From contig CP068257.2 in the NCBI GenBank assembly GCA_009914755.4, positions 10,080,001 to 10,144,000 of the forward strand: a DNA stretch of 64,000 nucleotides, written 5' to 3'. A program made the position numbers and the translations under genes. Each line of letters opens with the position of its first letter. The stretch's first letter is position 1. A model generated the notes under the pieces. It ran no database searches. It saw nothing but the letters and a program-made list of their open reading frames with translations, and had not been told where the DNA came from. Shown here piece after piece: positions 13,937 through 28,736 of the stretch. This stretch comes from the human T2T-CHM13v2.0 reference genome, Homo sapiens.

Positions 13937-16900
13937 AAAGGAAATATATTCACATAAAAACTTGACAGAAGCATTCTGAGGAACTTCTTTGTCATGTGTG
14001 CATTCATTTCACAGAGTTGAAACTTTCTTTTGATTGAGCAGTTTTGAAACACTCTTTTTTCAGAATCTGCAACTGGATATTTGGAGAACGTTGAGGCCTA
14101 TGGTGGAAAAGGAAATATCTTCACAAAAAATCAGACACAACCATTCAGAGAAACTTCTTTGTGATGTGTGCATTCAACTCCCTGTGTTGAAGTTTTCTTT
14201 TGATTGAGTAGTTTTAACAAACTCTTTTTGTAGTATCAGAAACTGGATATTTGTAGCGTTTTGAGGCCTATAGAGGAAAAGGAAATATCTTCACATAAAA
14301 CCCAGAAAGAAGCATTCTGAGAGAATTCTCTTCGATTTCAGCATTCATCTCACAGAGTTGAACTTTTCTTTTTTGAGAAGTATTTAATCACTCTTTTTGT
14401 AGAATCTGCAAGGGGATATATGGAGCACTTTGAGGCCTTTTGTGGAAAAGGTAATATCTTCACATAAAAATCAGACACAAGCATTCTGAGTAACTTCTTT
14501 GTGATGTGTGCATTCAACTACCTGTGTTGAAACTTTCTTTTGATTGAGCAGTTTTAACGCACTCTTTTTGTAGAATCTGCAAGTGGATATTTGGAGCACT
14601 TTGATGCCTATGATGGAAAAGGAAATATCTTCACATAAAAGCTAGACAGAAGCATTCTGAGAATGTTCTTTGTGATGTATGCATTCATCTCACTGAGCTG
14701 AATCTTTCTTTTTTGAGAAGTATTTAAACACTCTTTTTGTAGAATCTGCAAGTGGATACTTGGAGTGCTTTGAGGCCTTTGGTGGAAAAAGAAATATCTT
14801 CACATAAAAACTAGACAGAAGCATTCTGAGAAACCTCTTTGTGATGTGTACATTCATCTCACAGAGTTGAGCCTTTATTTTGATTTAGCAGTTTGGAAAC
14901 ACTCTTTTTGTAGGATCTGCAAGTGGATATTTGGAGTGATTTGAGGCCTATAGTGGAAAAGGAAATAACTTCATGTGAAAAGTAGACAGAAGCATTCTGA
15001 AAAACTTCTTAGTGATGTGTGCATTCATCTCACAAAGTTAAACCTATCTTATGATTGAGCAGTTTTGAAACACTCTTTTTGTGGAATCTTCAATTGGATA
15101 TTTGGAGTGCTTAGATGCCTGTGTTGGAAAAGGAAATATCTTCACGTAAAAACAAGCAAGGAGAATTCTGAGAAAGTTTTCTTTGTGATTTGTGCATTCA
15201 TCTCACAGAGCTGAAATTTTCTTTTGATTGAGCAGTTTGGACACAGTCTTTTTCTCGCCTGCAAAAGGATATTTAGGGTACTTTGAGGCCTATGGTGGAA
15301 AAGGACATGTCTTCCCATAAAAACTAGACAGCAGCATTTTGAGAAACTTCTTTGTGATGTGTGGATTCATCTCACAGAGTTGAACTTTTCTTTTGATTGA
15401 GCAGTTTTGAAACACTCTTTTTGTACAATCTGCAAGTGGATATTTGGAGCGCTTTGAGGTCATTGGTGGAAAAGGACATATCTTCCAATAAAAACTAGAC
15501 AGAAGTATTCTGAGAAACATTTTGTGATGTGTGCATTCATCTCACAGAGTTGAACCTTTCTTTTTATTGAGCAGTTTGGAAACTGTATTTTTGTAGAATC
15601 TGCAAGTGGATATTTGGAGCACTTTGAGGCCCATGGTGGAAAAGGACATATCTTCCCATAAAAACTAGACAGCAGCATTTTGAGAAACTTCTTTGTGATG
15701 TGTGGATTCATCTCACAGAGTTGAAGCTTTCTTTTGATTGAGTAGTATTGAAACACTCTTGTGGAATCTCCAATTAGATACTTGGAGCGCTTTGAGGCCT
15801 ATGGTGGAAAAGGAAATATCTTCACATGAAAACTACACAGAAGCATTCTGAGAAATTTGTTTGTGATGTGTTCATTCAACACACAGAGTTGAATCTTTCT
15901 TTTGATTGAGCAGTTTTGAAACACACTTTTTTAGGATCTACAAGTGGATATTTGGAGCGCTTTGTGGCCTATTGTGGAAAAGGATATATCTTCACATAAA
16001 AAGTATGGAGAAGCATTCTGAGAAACTTCTTTGTGATGTGTGCATTCATCTCACAGAGTTCAACCTTTCTTTTGATTGAGCAGTTTTGAAACGCTCTTTT
16101 TGTAGAGTGTGCAAGCGGATATTTGGAGCTCTTTGAGGCTTATGGTGGAAAAGGAAATATCTTCACATAAAAACTACAGAGAAGCATTCTGACAAAGTTC
16201 TTTGTGCTGTGTGTGTTCAACTCACAGAGTTGAACCTTTCTTTCGATTGAGCAGTTTTGAAATGCCCTTTTTTTAGAATCTGCAAGTGGATATTTTGAGT
16301 GCTTTGTGGCCTCTGTTGGAAAAGGAAATATCTTCACATAAAGTAGACAGAAGCATTCTGAGAAACTTCCTTGTGATGTGTGCATTCATCTCACAGAGAG
16401 GAAACTTTCTTTTGATTGTGAAGTTTTCAAACACTCTTTTTGTATAATCTGCAAGTGGATATTTGGAGGTCTTTGTGGCCTATAGGGGAAAAGGAAATAT
16501 CTTCACATAAAAACTACAGAGAAGCATTCTGACAAAGTTCTTTGTGCTGTGTGTGTTCAACTCACAGAGTTGAACCTTTCTTTTGATTGAGCAGTTTTGA
16601 AATGCCCTTTTTTTGGAATCTGCAAGTGGATATTTTGAGTGCTTTGTGGTCTCTGTTGGAAAAGGAAATATCTTCACATAAAGTAGACAGAAGCATTCTG
16701 AGAAACTTCCTTGTGATGTGTGCATTCATCTCACAGAGTTGAAACTTTCTTTTGATTGTGAAGTTTTCAAACACTCTTTTTGTAGGATCTGCAAGTGGAT
16801 ATTTGGAGGCCTTTGTGGCCTATAGGGGAAAAGGAAATATCTTCATATAAAAATTAGACAGAAGCATTCTGAGAAACATCTTTGTGATATATGCATTCAT

Positions 16901-19900
16901 CTCACAGCGTTGAAATTTTCTTTTTATTCACCACTTTTGAAACACTCTTTTTCTACAGTCGGCAAGTGGATATTTGTAGTGCTTTGAGGCATATGGTGGA
17001 AAATGAAATATTTTCACAATAAAATTAGACAGAAACATTCTGTGATACTTCTTTGTGATCTGTGCCTTCATATCACAGAGTTGAACCTTTCTATTGATAG
17101 AGCAGTTTTGAAACACTCTTTTTGTAAAATCTGCCAATGGATATTTGGAACACTTTGAGGCCTATAGTGGAAAAGGAAATATCTTCACATAAATAGTAGA
17201 CAAGCATTCTGAGAAACTTCTTTGTGATGTGTGCATTCAACTCACAGAATGGAACCCTTATTTTGATAGAGCAGTTTTGAAAGACTCCTTTTGTATAACC
17301 TGCAATTGGATATTTCGAGCGCTATGTGGCCTTAAGTGGAAAAGGCAATATCTTCGCATAAAAACTAGACAGAAGCATTGTGAGAAATTTCTTTGTGATG
17401 TGTGCATTCATCTCACAGAGTTAAAGCTTTCTTTTGATTGAGCAGTTTTGAAACACTCTTTTTGTAGAATCTGCAAGTGGATATTTGGAGCACTTTGCAG
17501 TCTATAGTGGAAAAGGAAATATCTTCACATAAATATTTGTCAGAATCATTCTGAGAAACTTCTTCATGTGTGCATTCATCTCACAGAGTTCAACCTTTCT
17601 TTTGATTGAGCAGTTTTGAAACACTCTTTTTGTAGTATCTGCAAGGGATACTTGGAGCAGTTTGAGGTCTATGGAGTAAAAGGAAATATCTTCACCTAAA
17701 AACTAGACAGAAGCATTCTGAGAAACTTCTTTGTGGTGTGTGCATTCATATCACTGTCTTGATCCATTCTTTTGACTGAGCAGTTTTGAAACACTCTTTG
17801 TGTAGAATCTGCAAGTGGATATTTGGAGTGCTTTGAGGCCTATTGTGGAAAAGGAAATGTCTTCACATAAAAACCAGACAGAAGCATACTGAGAAAATTA
17901 TTTATGATGTGTGCATTCATCTCACAGAGCTGCACCTTTCTTTTGATTGAGCAGTTTTGAAACACTCTTTTTATAGAGTGTGCAAGCTGATATTTGGAGC
18001 ACTTTGATGCTTATGGTGGAAAAGCAAATATCTTCACATAAAAACTCCAGAGAAGCATTCTGACAAAGTTCTTTGTGCTGTGTGCATTCAACTCACAGAG
18101 TTGAACCTTTCTTTTGATTGAGCAGTTTTGAAACACTCTTTTTGCAGAATCTGCAAGTGAATATTTTGAGCGCTTTGTGGCCTCTGTTGGAAAAGGTAAT
18201 GTCTTCACATAAACTAGACAGAAGCATTCTGAGAAACTTCTTCGTGATGTGTGCATTCATCTCACAGAGTTGAACCTTTCTTTTGATTGAGCAGTTTTGA
18301 AACACTCTTTTTGCAGAATCTGCAAGTGGATATGTGGAGCACTTTGAGGCCATGATACAAAAGGAAATATCTTCACATAAGAACTAGACAGAATCATTCT
18401 AAGATACTTCTTTGTGATGTGCACATTCAACTCACAGAGTTGAACATTTCTTTTGATTGAGCAGTTTTGAAACACTCTTTTTGTAGAATCAGCAGTTGGA
18501 TATTTAGAGCGCTTTGAGGCCTATGGTGGAAAAGGAAATATCTTCACATAAAAACTAGACAGAAGCATTCTGAGAAACTTTTTTGTGATGTGTGCATTCA
18601 ACTCACCGAGTTGAACAGTCTTTTTATTGAGCAGTTAGGATACATTCTTTTCGTACCATCTTCAAATTTGTATTTGGACAGCTTTGAGGCCTATAGTGGA
18701 AAAGGAAATATCTGCACATAAAAATTAGACAGAAGCATTCGGAGAAACTTCTTTGTGATGTGTGCACTCATCTCACAGAGTTAAACCATTCTTTTGATTG
18801 AGCAGTTTTGAAACACTCTTTTTGTATAATCTGTAAGTGGATATTTGGATCACTTTGAGGCATATGGTGGAAAAGAATATATCTTCCCATAAAAACTAGC
18901 CAGAAGCATTCTGAGAAACTTCTTTGTGATGTGTGTATTCAGCTCACAGAGTTGAACCTTTATTTTGATTGAGCAGTTCTGAAACACACTTTTTGTAGGA
19001 TCTGCAATTGGATATTTGGATCGCTTTGCAGCCTCTTGTGGAAAAGGAAATATCTTCACATAAAAACTACAGGGAATCATTTTGAGAAACTTCTTTGTGA
19101 TGTGTGCTTTCAGCTCGCAGAGTTGAACTTTTCTTTTGGTTGAGCAGTTTTGAAACACTCTTTTTGTAGAATCTGCAAGTGGATATTTAGAGCGCTTTGA
19201 CGCCTATGGTGGAAAAGGAAATATCTTCACATGAAAAGTAGACAGAAGCATTCTGAGAAACTTCTTTGTGTTGTGTGCATTCATCTCACAGAGTTGGACT
19301 TTCTTTTTGTTGAGCAGTTTGGAAACACTCTTTTTGTAGAGTCTGCCATTGGATATTTAGAGCGCTGTGAATCCTATGGTGGAAAAGGTCATATCTTCAC
19401 ATAAGAACTATAAAGCAGGTTTTCTAAAAACAACATTGTGATGTGTGCATTCATCTCACAGAGGTAAGTGTTTCTTTTCTCCTATCAGTCTGGAAAGTCT
19501 GTTCTTGTACAATCTCAAAGGGGGTAGTTTTGAGCACTTTGAGGCCTATTGTAACAAAGGAAATATCTTCACATTCAAAGTATAAAGAAAGTTTCTGAGA
19601 TACTTCTTTGTGATATGTGCATTCATCTCACAGATTTGCGCGTCTCTTTTAATTCAGCCGTTTGGAAACAGTCTTTTTGAAGAATCTGCAAACGGATATT
19701 TGTGAGCACTTTGAGGCCTATGCAGGAAAAGAAGTATCTTCACAGAAAACTATAAAGAAGGTTTCTGAGAAACTGTTTTTTGATGTCTGCATTCATCTTG
19801 CAGAGGTAAACAATTCTTTTCTTTGATCAGTTGGGTATCTCTGTTCTTGTAGGATCTGCTAAGGGATATTTTTGAGTGCCTAGACCCCTATGGTGAAAAA

Positions 19901-22900
19901 GATATTGTCTTCACATAAAAACTAGACAGAGGCCTACTGTGAAACTTCTTGGTGATGTGTGCATTCATCTCACAGAATTGAAACTTTCTTTTGATTAAGC
20001 AGTTTGGAAACGTCTTTTTGTGGAATCCGTAAAGGGAAATTTCTGATCACTTTGAGGCCTATGGTGAAAGAGAAAGTATCTTCACATAAAAACTAGACTA
20101 AAGATTTCTGAGAAACTGCTTTGTGATGTATGTATTCATCTCACAGAGTTCAACAATTCTTTTGATCGAGCAGTTGGGAAACCGTCTTTTTGTAGAATCT
20201 GCAAAGGGATATTTGTGAGCACTTAGAGGTCTATGGTTAAAAGGAAATATCTTCACATAAAAACTATAAAGAAGGTTTGTGAGAAACTTCTTTATGATGT
20301 GTGCATTCATCTCACAGAGTTGAACCACTCCTTTGACTCAGCGGTTTGGAAACAGTCTTTTTTAGCATCTGCAAAGGTATATTTTTGAGCACTTTGAGGC
20401 CCATGGTGAAAAAGGAAACACTTTCACATAAAAACAAGATAGAAGCTTTCTGAGAACCATCTTTTTGATATGTGCATTCATCCCACAGAGGTGAACCTTT
20501 CTTTTGATGAGCATTTTGGAAGCAGTATTTGGTAGAATTTCCAAAGGGTTATTAGTTAGTGTTTTGTGTCCTATGTTGGAAAAGGAATTATTTTTAAATA
20601 AAAACTAGACAGAATATTTCTGAGAAACTGCCTTGTGATGTGTGATTTCATCTCACAGAAGTAACCATTTCTTTTCATTGAACAGATTGGAAATTCTGTT
20701 CTTGTAAAATCTGCAAAGGGATATTTGTTAGCACTTTGAGGCCTATGGTAAAAAAGGAATTATCTTCACATAAAAACTAGACGGAGGCTTTCTGTGAAAC
20801 ATCTTGGAGATGCGAGAATTTGTCTCACAGAGTTGAAACATTCTTTTGGTTGGGCAGTTTGTAAACAGTATTTTGGTAGAATCTGCAAAGGAATATTTGT
20901 GATGCTTTGAAGCCTATGGTGAAAACGAAATATTTTCACATGAAAACTAGAGAGAAGCTTTCTGAGAAACCTCCTTGTGATGTGTGCATTCATCTCACAG
21001 ATTTGAAACTTTCTTTGGATTGAGCAATTTGGAAACAGTATTTTTGTAGAATCTGTAAAGGCATATTTTTGAGTCGTATGAGGCCTATGATGAAATAGGA
21101 AATATCTTCACATAAAAACTAGACAGAAGCTTTCCGAGAAACTTCTTTATGATGTGTGCATTCATCTCGTAGAGTTCAACCATTCTTTTGATTGAACAGT
21201 TTGGAAACACTCTTTTTGTAGAATCTGCAAAGGGATATTTATGAGTGCTTTGAGTCCTATGGTGAAAAAGGAAATGTATTCACATAAAAAGTATAAACAA
21301 GGTTTCTCAGAAACAGCTTTGTGATGTATGCATTCATCTCACAAAAGTAAACGTTTCTTTTCTCTGATCTGTCTGGAAACTGTTCTTGTAGATTCTGCAA
21401 AGGGATATTTGTGAGTATTTTGAGGCCTATGGTGAAAAAGGAAATATCTTCACATAAAAATTAGAGAGAGGTTTTCTGAGAAACCTCTTTGTGATGTGGG
21501 CATTCATCTCACAAAGTTGAAACTTACTTTTGATTGATCAGTATGGAAACCATCTTTTGTGGAATCTGCAAAGGGAAATTTATGAGAGCTTTGAGGCCAA
21601 TGTTGAAAAAGGAAATATATTTATATAAAAGGCATAAAGAAGGTTTCTTAGAAACAGCTTTGTGGTGTGTGCATTGATCTCAGAGAGGTAAACGTTTATT
21701 TTCTTTGATCAGTCTGGAAACTCTGTTCTTGTAGTATCTGCAAAGGGATATTTGTGAGTGCTTTGAGGCCTATGATGAAAAAGGAGATATCTTCACATAA
21801 AAACTAGACAGAAGCTTTCTTAGTGGCTTCTTTGTAATGTGTGCAATCATCTCACAGAATTGAACCATTCTTTTGATTCAGCAGTCTGGAAACAGTATTT
21901 TTGTAGAATCTGCAAGGGATATTTGTCACGACTTCGAGTGCTATGGTGAAAAAGGAAATATCTTCACATAAAAAATGGACAGAAGATTTCTGAGAAACCT
22001 CTTTGAGATGTGTGCATCCATCTCACAGAGTTCAACCATTTATTTGATTGAGCAGTTGGGAAGCAGTCTTTTTGCAGAATCTACAAAGGGATATTGCTGA
22101 GCAATTTGAGGCCTGTGTTGAAAAAGGAAATATCTTCACATAAAAACTATAAAGAAGGTTTCTGAGAAACTTCTTTGTAATGTATGCATTCATCTCATGG
22201 AGTTGAACTATTCTTTTGATTGAGCACTTTGGAAACAATCTTTTTGTAGAATCTGCAAAAGGATATTTTTGAGCCCTTTGAGTCCTAGGGAGAAAAAAGA
22301 AATATCATCACATAAAAAGTATAAAGAACGTTTCTGAGAAAAAGTTTTGTGATGTGTGCATTCATCTCACAGAGAAAAACGTTTATTTTGTTTGATCAGT
22401 CTGGAAATTCTGTTCTTGTAGAATCTGCTAAGGGATATTTTTGAGCAGATGGAGGCCTATGGTGAAAAAGGAAATGTCTTCATATAAAAATTAGACAGAA
22501 GCCTCCTGCGAAACTTCTTAGTGATGTGTGCATTCATCTCACAGAGTAGAAACTTTCTTTTCATTGAGCCATTTGGAAACAGTCTTTTTGTAGACTCTGC
22601 AAATGGATATTTGGAGCACTTTGAGGCCTATGGTGAAAAAGGAAATATATTCACATAAAAACCAGACTGAAAGTTTCTGAGAAACTTCTCTGAGATGTGT
22701 CCATTCATCTCACAAAGTTCAATAATTCTTTTTATTGAGCGGTTTGGAACAATCTTTTTGTAGAATCTGCAAAGAGATATTTGTGAGGGCTTGAGGCCTA
22801 TGGTGAAAAAGGAAATATCTTCACGGAAAAACTATAAAGAAGGTTTCTGAGAAACTTCTTTGTGATGTGTGCGTTCATCTCACACAGTTCAACCTTTCTT

Positions 22901-24946
22901 TTGATTGAGCAGTTTGGAAACAGTCTTTTTAAATATTCTTCCAGTGGATACTTGTGAGCACCTTGAGGCTCCTGGGGAAAAAGGAAACATTCACTTAAAA
23001 ACTTAATAGAAGCTTTCTGAGAAACTACTTTTTGACGTGTGCATTCATCTCACAGAGTTGAACCTTTCTTTTGATGAGCAGTGTGGAAACAATCTTTTTG
23101 TAGAATCTGCAAAAGGACAATTTTGAGTGCTTTGCATCCTGTGGTGGAAAAGGAGATACCTTCACATAAAAACTAGACAGAATGTTTCTCAGAAACTGCT
23201 TTGTGATATGTGCATTCATCTCCCAGATGTGTCTGTTTCTTTTCATTGAGAAGATTGGAAACTCTTTTCTTGTAAGACCTGCAAAGGGATATTTGTGAGC
23301 CCTTTGAGGTGTATGGTGAAAAAGGAAATATCTTCACATAAAAACTACACAGAAGCTTTCTGAGAAACATCCTCGTGATGTGAGCATTCACCTCACAGAG
23401 TTGAAACATTCTTTTGATTGAGCCATGTGTAGAGAGTCTTTTTGTAGAATCTGCAAAGGGATATTTGTGAATGCTTTGAGGCCTATGGTGAAAAAGGAAA
23501 TATCTTCACATAAAAACTAGAGAGAAGCTTTCTGAGAAACCTCTTTGTGGTGTGCATACAACTCACAGAGTTGAACCTTTCTTTTGATTGAGCAATTTGG
23601 AAGAAGTATTTTTGTAGAATCTGTAAAGGGATATTTGTGAGCACTTTGAGGCCTATGGTGAAAAACTAGACAGAGGCATTCTAAGAAACTTCTTCATGAT
23701 GTGTGCATTCATCACACAGAGTTGAACCTTTGTTTTGATTGAGCCGTTTGGAAACAGTCTTTTTGTAGACTCTGCAAACGGATATTTGGAGCACTTTGAG
23801 GCCTATCGTGAAAAAGGAAATATATTCACATAAAAACTAGACTGAAGGATTCTGAGAAACTTCTTTGAGCTGTGTGCATTCATCTGACAGTGTTCAATAA
23901 TTCTTTTTATTGAGCAGTTTGGAAACAGTCTTTTTGTAGAATCTGCAAAGGGATATTTGTGAGGGCTTTGAGGTCTGTGTTGAAAAAGGAAATATCTTCA
24001 GGGAAAAACCATAAAGAAAGTTTCTGAGAAACTTCTTTGGATGTGTGAATTCATCACACTGAGTTGAAACATTCTTTGGATTGAACAGTTTGCAAACAGT
24101 CTTTTTGTAGAATCTGCAGAGGGATATTTGTAGCGCTTTGAGGCCTATGGTGAATAAGGAAATATCTTCACATAAAAACTAGACAAAAGTTTTCTGAGAA
24201 ACTTTTTGTGATGTGTGCATTTATCTCATAGAGTTTAACATTTGTTTTGATTGAGCAGTCTGGAAACAGCTTTTTGTACAATCTGCAAAGGGATATTTAG
24301 GAGTAAGTTGAGGCCTATGGTGGAAAAGGAAATATCTAACATAAAAACTAGAAAGAAGCATTCTGAGAAGCTCCTTTAAGATATGTGTACTCATCTCACA
24401 GAGGTAAACATTTCTTTTCATTGAGCAGTTTGTAAACTCTGTTATTCTAGAGTCTGCAAAGGGGTATTTTTGAGAGCTTTGAGACCCATGTTGAAAAAGG
24501 AACTATCTTCACATAAAAACTAGTGAGAAGCTTGCTGAGAAACTACTTTCTGATGTGTGCATTCATCTAACAGAGTTGAAACTTTCTTTTGATTGAGCAG
24601 TTTGGAAACAGTCTTTTTGTAGATTCTGCAAAGGTATATTTGGGAGTGCATTGAGGCCTATGTTCAAAAAGGAAACATCTTCACATAAAACTGAGAAGGA
24701 GGTTTTCTGAGAAACTTCTTTGTGATGTGCACATTCGTCTCACAGGGTTGAACCATTCTGTTTATTGAGCAGTTTGGAAACAATCTTTTTGTAGAATCTG
24801 CAAAGGGATATCTGTGAGTGCATTGAGGCTTATGGTGAAAAAGGAAATATATTCACATTAAAAGTAGAAAGAAGTTTTCTGAGTAACTCATTTGTGACAT
24901 GTGCATTTATCACAGAGAAGTAAAAATTTCTTCCCATTGAGCAGTT
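13937..24946 (+). repeat. Alpha satellite, sense orientation. It includes local ~340-bp tandem duplications (15270-15780, 16140-16820) and a more divergent sub-block (~19400-24946) with recurrent gaggtaaacgtttcttttctttgatcagtctggaaactctgttcttgtag-type monomers.
   Basis: Alphoid motifs are continuous throughout. The ORF-track pairs 16140..16385 / 16480..16725 and 15290..15520 / 15460..15756 encode near-identical peptides one dimer apart. Confidence 0.95.
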
Positions 24947-24948
24947 AG

Positions 24949-27157
24949 TTTTTGTGAAGATATTTCCGTTTTCACCATAGACCTCAAAAGGCCTACATAT
25001 ATCCCTTTGCAGATTCTACAAAAAGACTATTTCCAAACTGCTCAATCAAAGAAAGCTTCCACTCTGTGAGATGAATGCACACATCACAGAGAAGTTTCTC
25101 AAAAAGTTTCTGTCTAGTTTTATTTGTTGATACTCCCTTTTTCACCATAGGCCTCAAATCGCTCATGAATAACTCTTTGCAGATTCTACAAGAAGACTGT
25201 TTCCAAACTACTCAATCAAAAGAAAGCTTCATCTCTGTGAGGTGAATGCACACATCATAAAGAAGTTTCTCAGAAAGCTTCTGTCTAGTTTTTATTTGAA
25301 GATGTTTCCTTTTTCAATATAGGCCTCAAAGTGCTCACAAATGTCCCTTTACAGATTTTAAAAAAAGACTGTTACCAAACTGCTCAACTGAAACAAAGCT
25401 TCAACTCTTTGAGATGAATGCACACATCACAAAGAAGTTTCTCAGAAAGCTTCCGTCCAGTTTTTATGTGAAGATATTTCCTTTTTCACCATAAGTCTCA
25501 AAGCATTCAAATTATCACTTTGCAGATTCTACAAAAAGACATTTTCCAACCTGCTCTATCTAAAGAAAGGTTTAACTCTGTGAGAAGAATGCACACATCA
25601 AAAATAAGTTTCTCAGAATGCTTCTGTCTAGTTTTTATCTGAAGACATTTCCTTTTTCACCATAGACCAAAAAGGGATCCCAAATATCCCTTTGTACATT
25701 CTACAAAGGACTGTTTCCAAACTGCTCAATCCAAAGACAGGTTCAACTTTTGGGATGAATGCACACATCACAACGAAGTTTCTCAGAAAGCTTCTGTCTA
25801 GTTTTTGTGTGAAGATATTACTTTTTTCACCATAGGCTTCAAAGGGCTCACAAATATCACAAAGCAGATTCTACAAAAAGACTCTATCCAAACTGGTCAA
25901 GGAAAAGAACACTTCAAATCTGTGAGATGAATGTGCACATCTCAAAGAATTTTCTCAGAAAGCTTCTGTCTAGTTTTTATGTGAAGATATTTCCGTTTTC
26001 ACCATAGACCTGAAACCGCCTATATATAACCCTTTTCAGATTCTACAAAAAGACTGTTTCCAAACGGCTCAATCAAAGAAAGTTTCTACTCTGTGAGATG
26101 AATGCACACATCACAGGGAAGTTTTTCAGAACGTTTCTGTCTAGTTTTTATTTGTCGATACTCCCTTTTTCACCATAGGCCTTAAACTGCTCATAAATAA
26201 CCCTTTGCAGGTTCTACAAAAGGACTATTTCCAAACTGCTCAATCAAATGAAATTTCAGCTGTGTGAGATGAATGCACACATCAAAAAGAAGTTTCTCAG
26301 AACGTTTCTGTCTAGTTTTTATGTGAAGATACTTCTTTTTCACCATAAACCTCAAAGCGTTCCCAAATTTTCCTTTGCAGATTCTATGAAAAGACTGTTT
26401 CCAAACTGCTCAATCAAAAGAAAGGTTCAACTTTTTGTGATGAATGCAGACATCACAACGAACTTTCTCAGAAGGCTTCTGTCTAGATTTTATTTGTGGA
26501 TATTTCCTTTTTCACAATAGGCCTCAGAAAGCTCACAAATATCACTTTGCATATTCTACAAAAAGACTGTTTCCAATCTGCTCAATGAAAGAAAATTCAA
26601 CTCTGTGAGATGAATGCATGCATCACAAAGTGGTTTCTCAGAATGTTTCTGTCTAGTTTTTATATGAAGATATTTCCTTTTTCATCACATGCCTCAAACC
26701 ATTCAAAAACATCCCTTTGCAGATTCTCCAAAAAGACTTTTTACAAACTGCTCAATCAAAAGAAAGATTCAAGTCTTTGAGATGCATACACCCATTACAA
26801 AGAAGTTTCCCAGAAAACATGAGTCTAGTTTTTATGTGAAGATATTTCCTTTTTCACCATAAGCCTCAAAGCATTCACAAATATCACTTTGCATTTTCTA
26901 TGAAAAGACTGTTTCCAAACTGGTCAATCAAAAGAAGTTTCAACCCTGTGAGATGAATGCACACATCACAAAGAAGTTCTTCAGAAAGCTACTGTCTACA
27001 TTTTATTTTTTGATATTTCCTTTTTCACCATTGGATTCAAACCACTGAAACATATCACTTTGCAGATTCTACAAAAAGACTTTTTCCAAACTGCCCAATC
27101 AAAAGAAAGGCTCAACTCTGTGAGATGAATGCACACATCACAAGGAAGTTTCTCAGA
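24949..27157 (-). repeat. Alpha satellite, antisense orientation. The strand switch relative to the upstream array occurs at 24946-24949.
   Basis: From 24949 the + strand reads the reverse-complement alphoid form: tttttgtgaagatatttccgttttcaccatagacctcaaa...cagattctacaaaaagactatttccaaactgctcaatcaaagaaagcttccactctgtgagatgaatgcacacatcacagagaagtttctc. Confidence 0.95.

Positions 27158-28736
<1,579 letters not shown>

Noticed and set aside
24900-25000. Possible perfect palindrome / hairpin centred on the 24947 strand switch
   Set aside because: The two arms meet in different monomer phases and the flanking monomers are not reverse-complement copies of one another. It is an inversion junction, not a symmetric palindrome.
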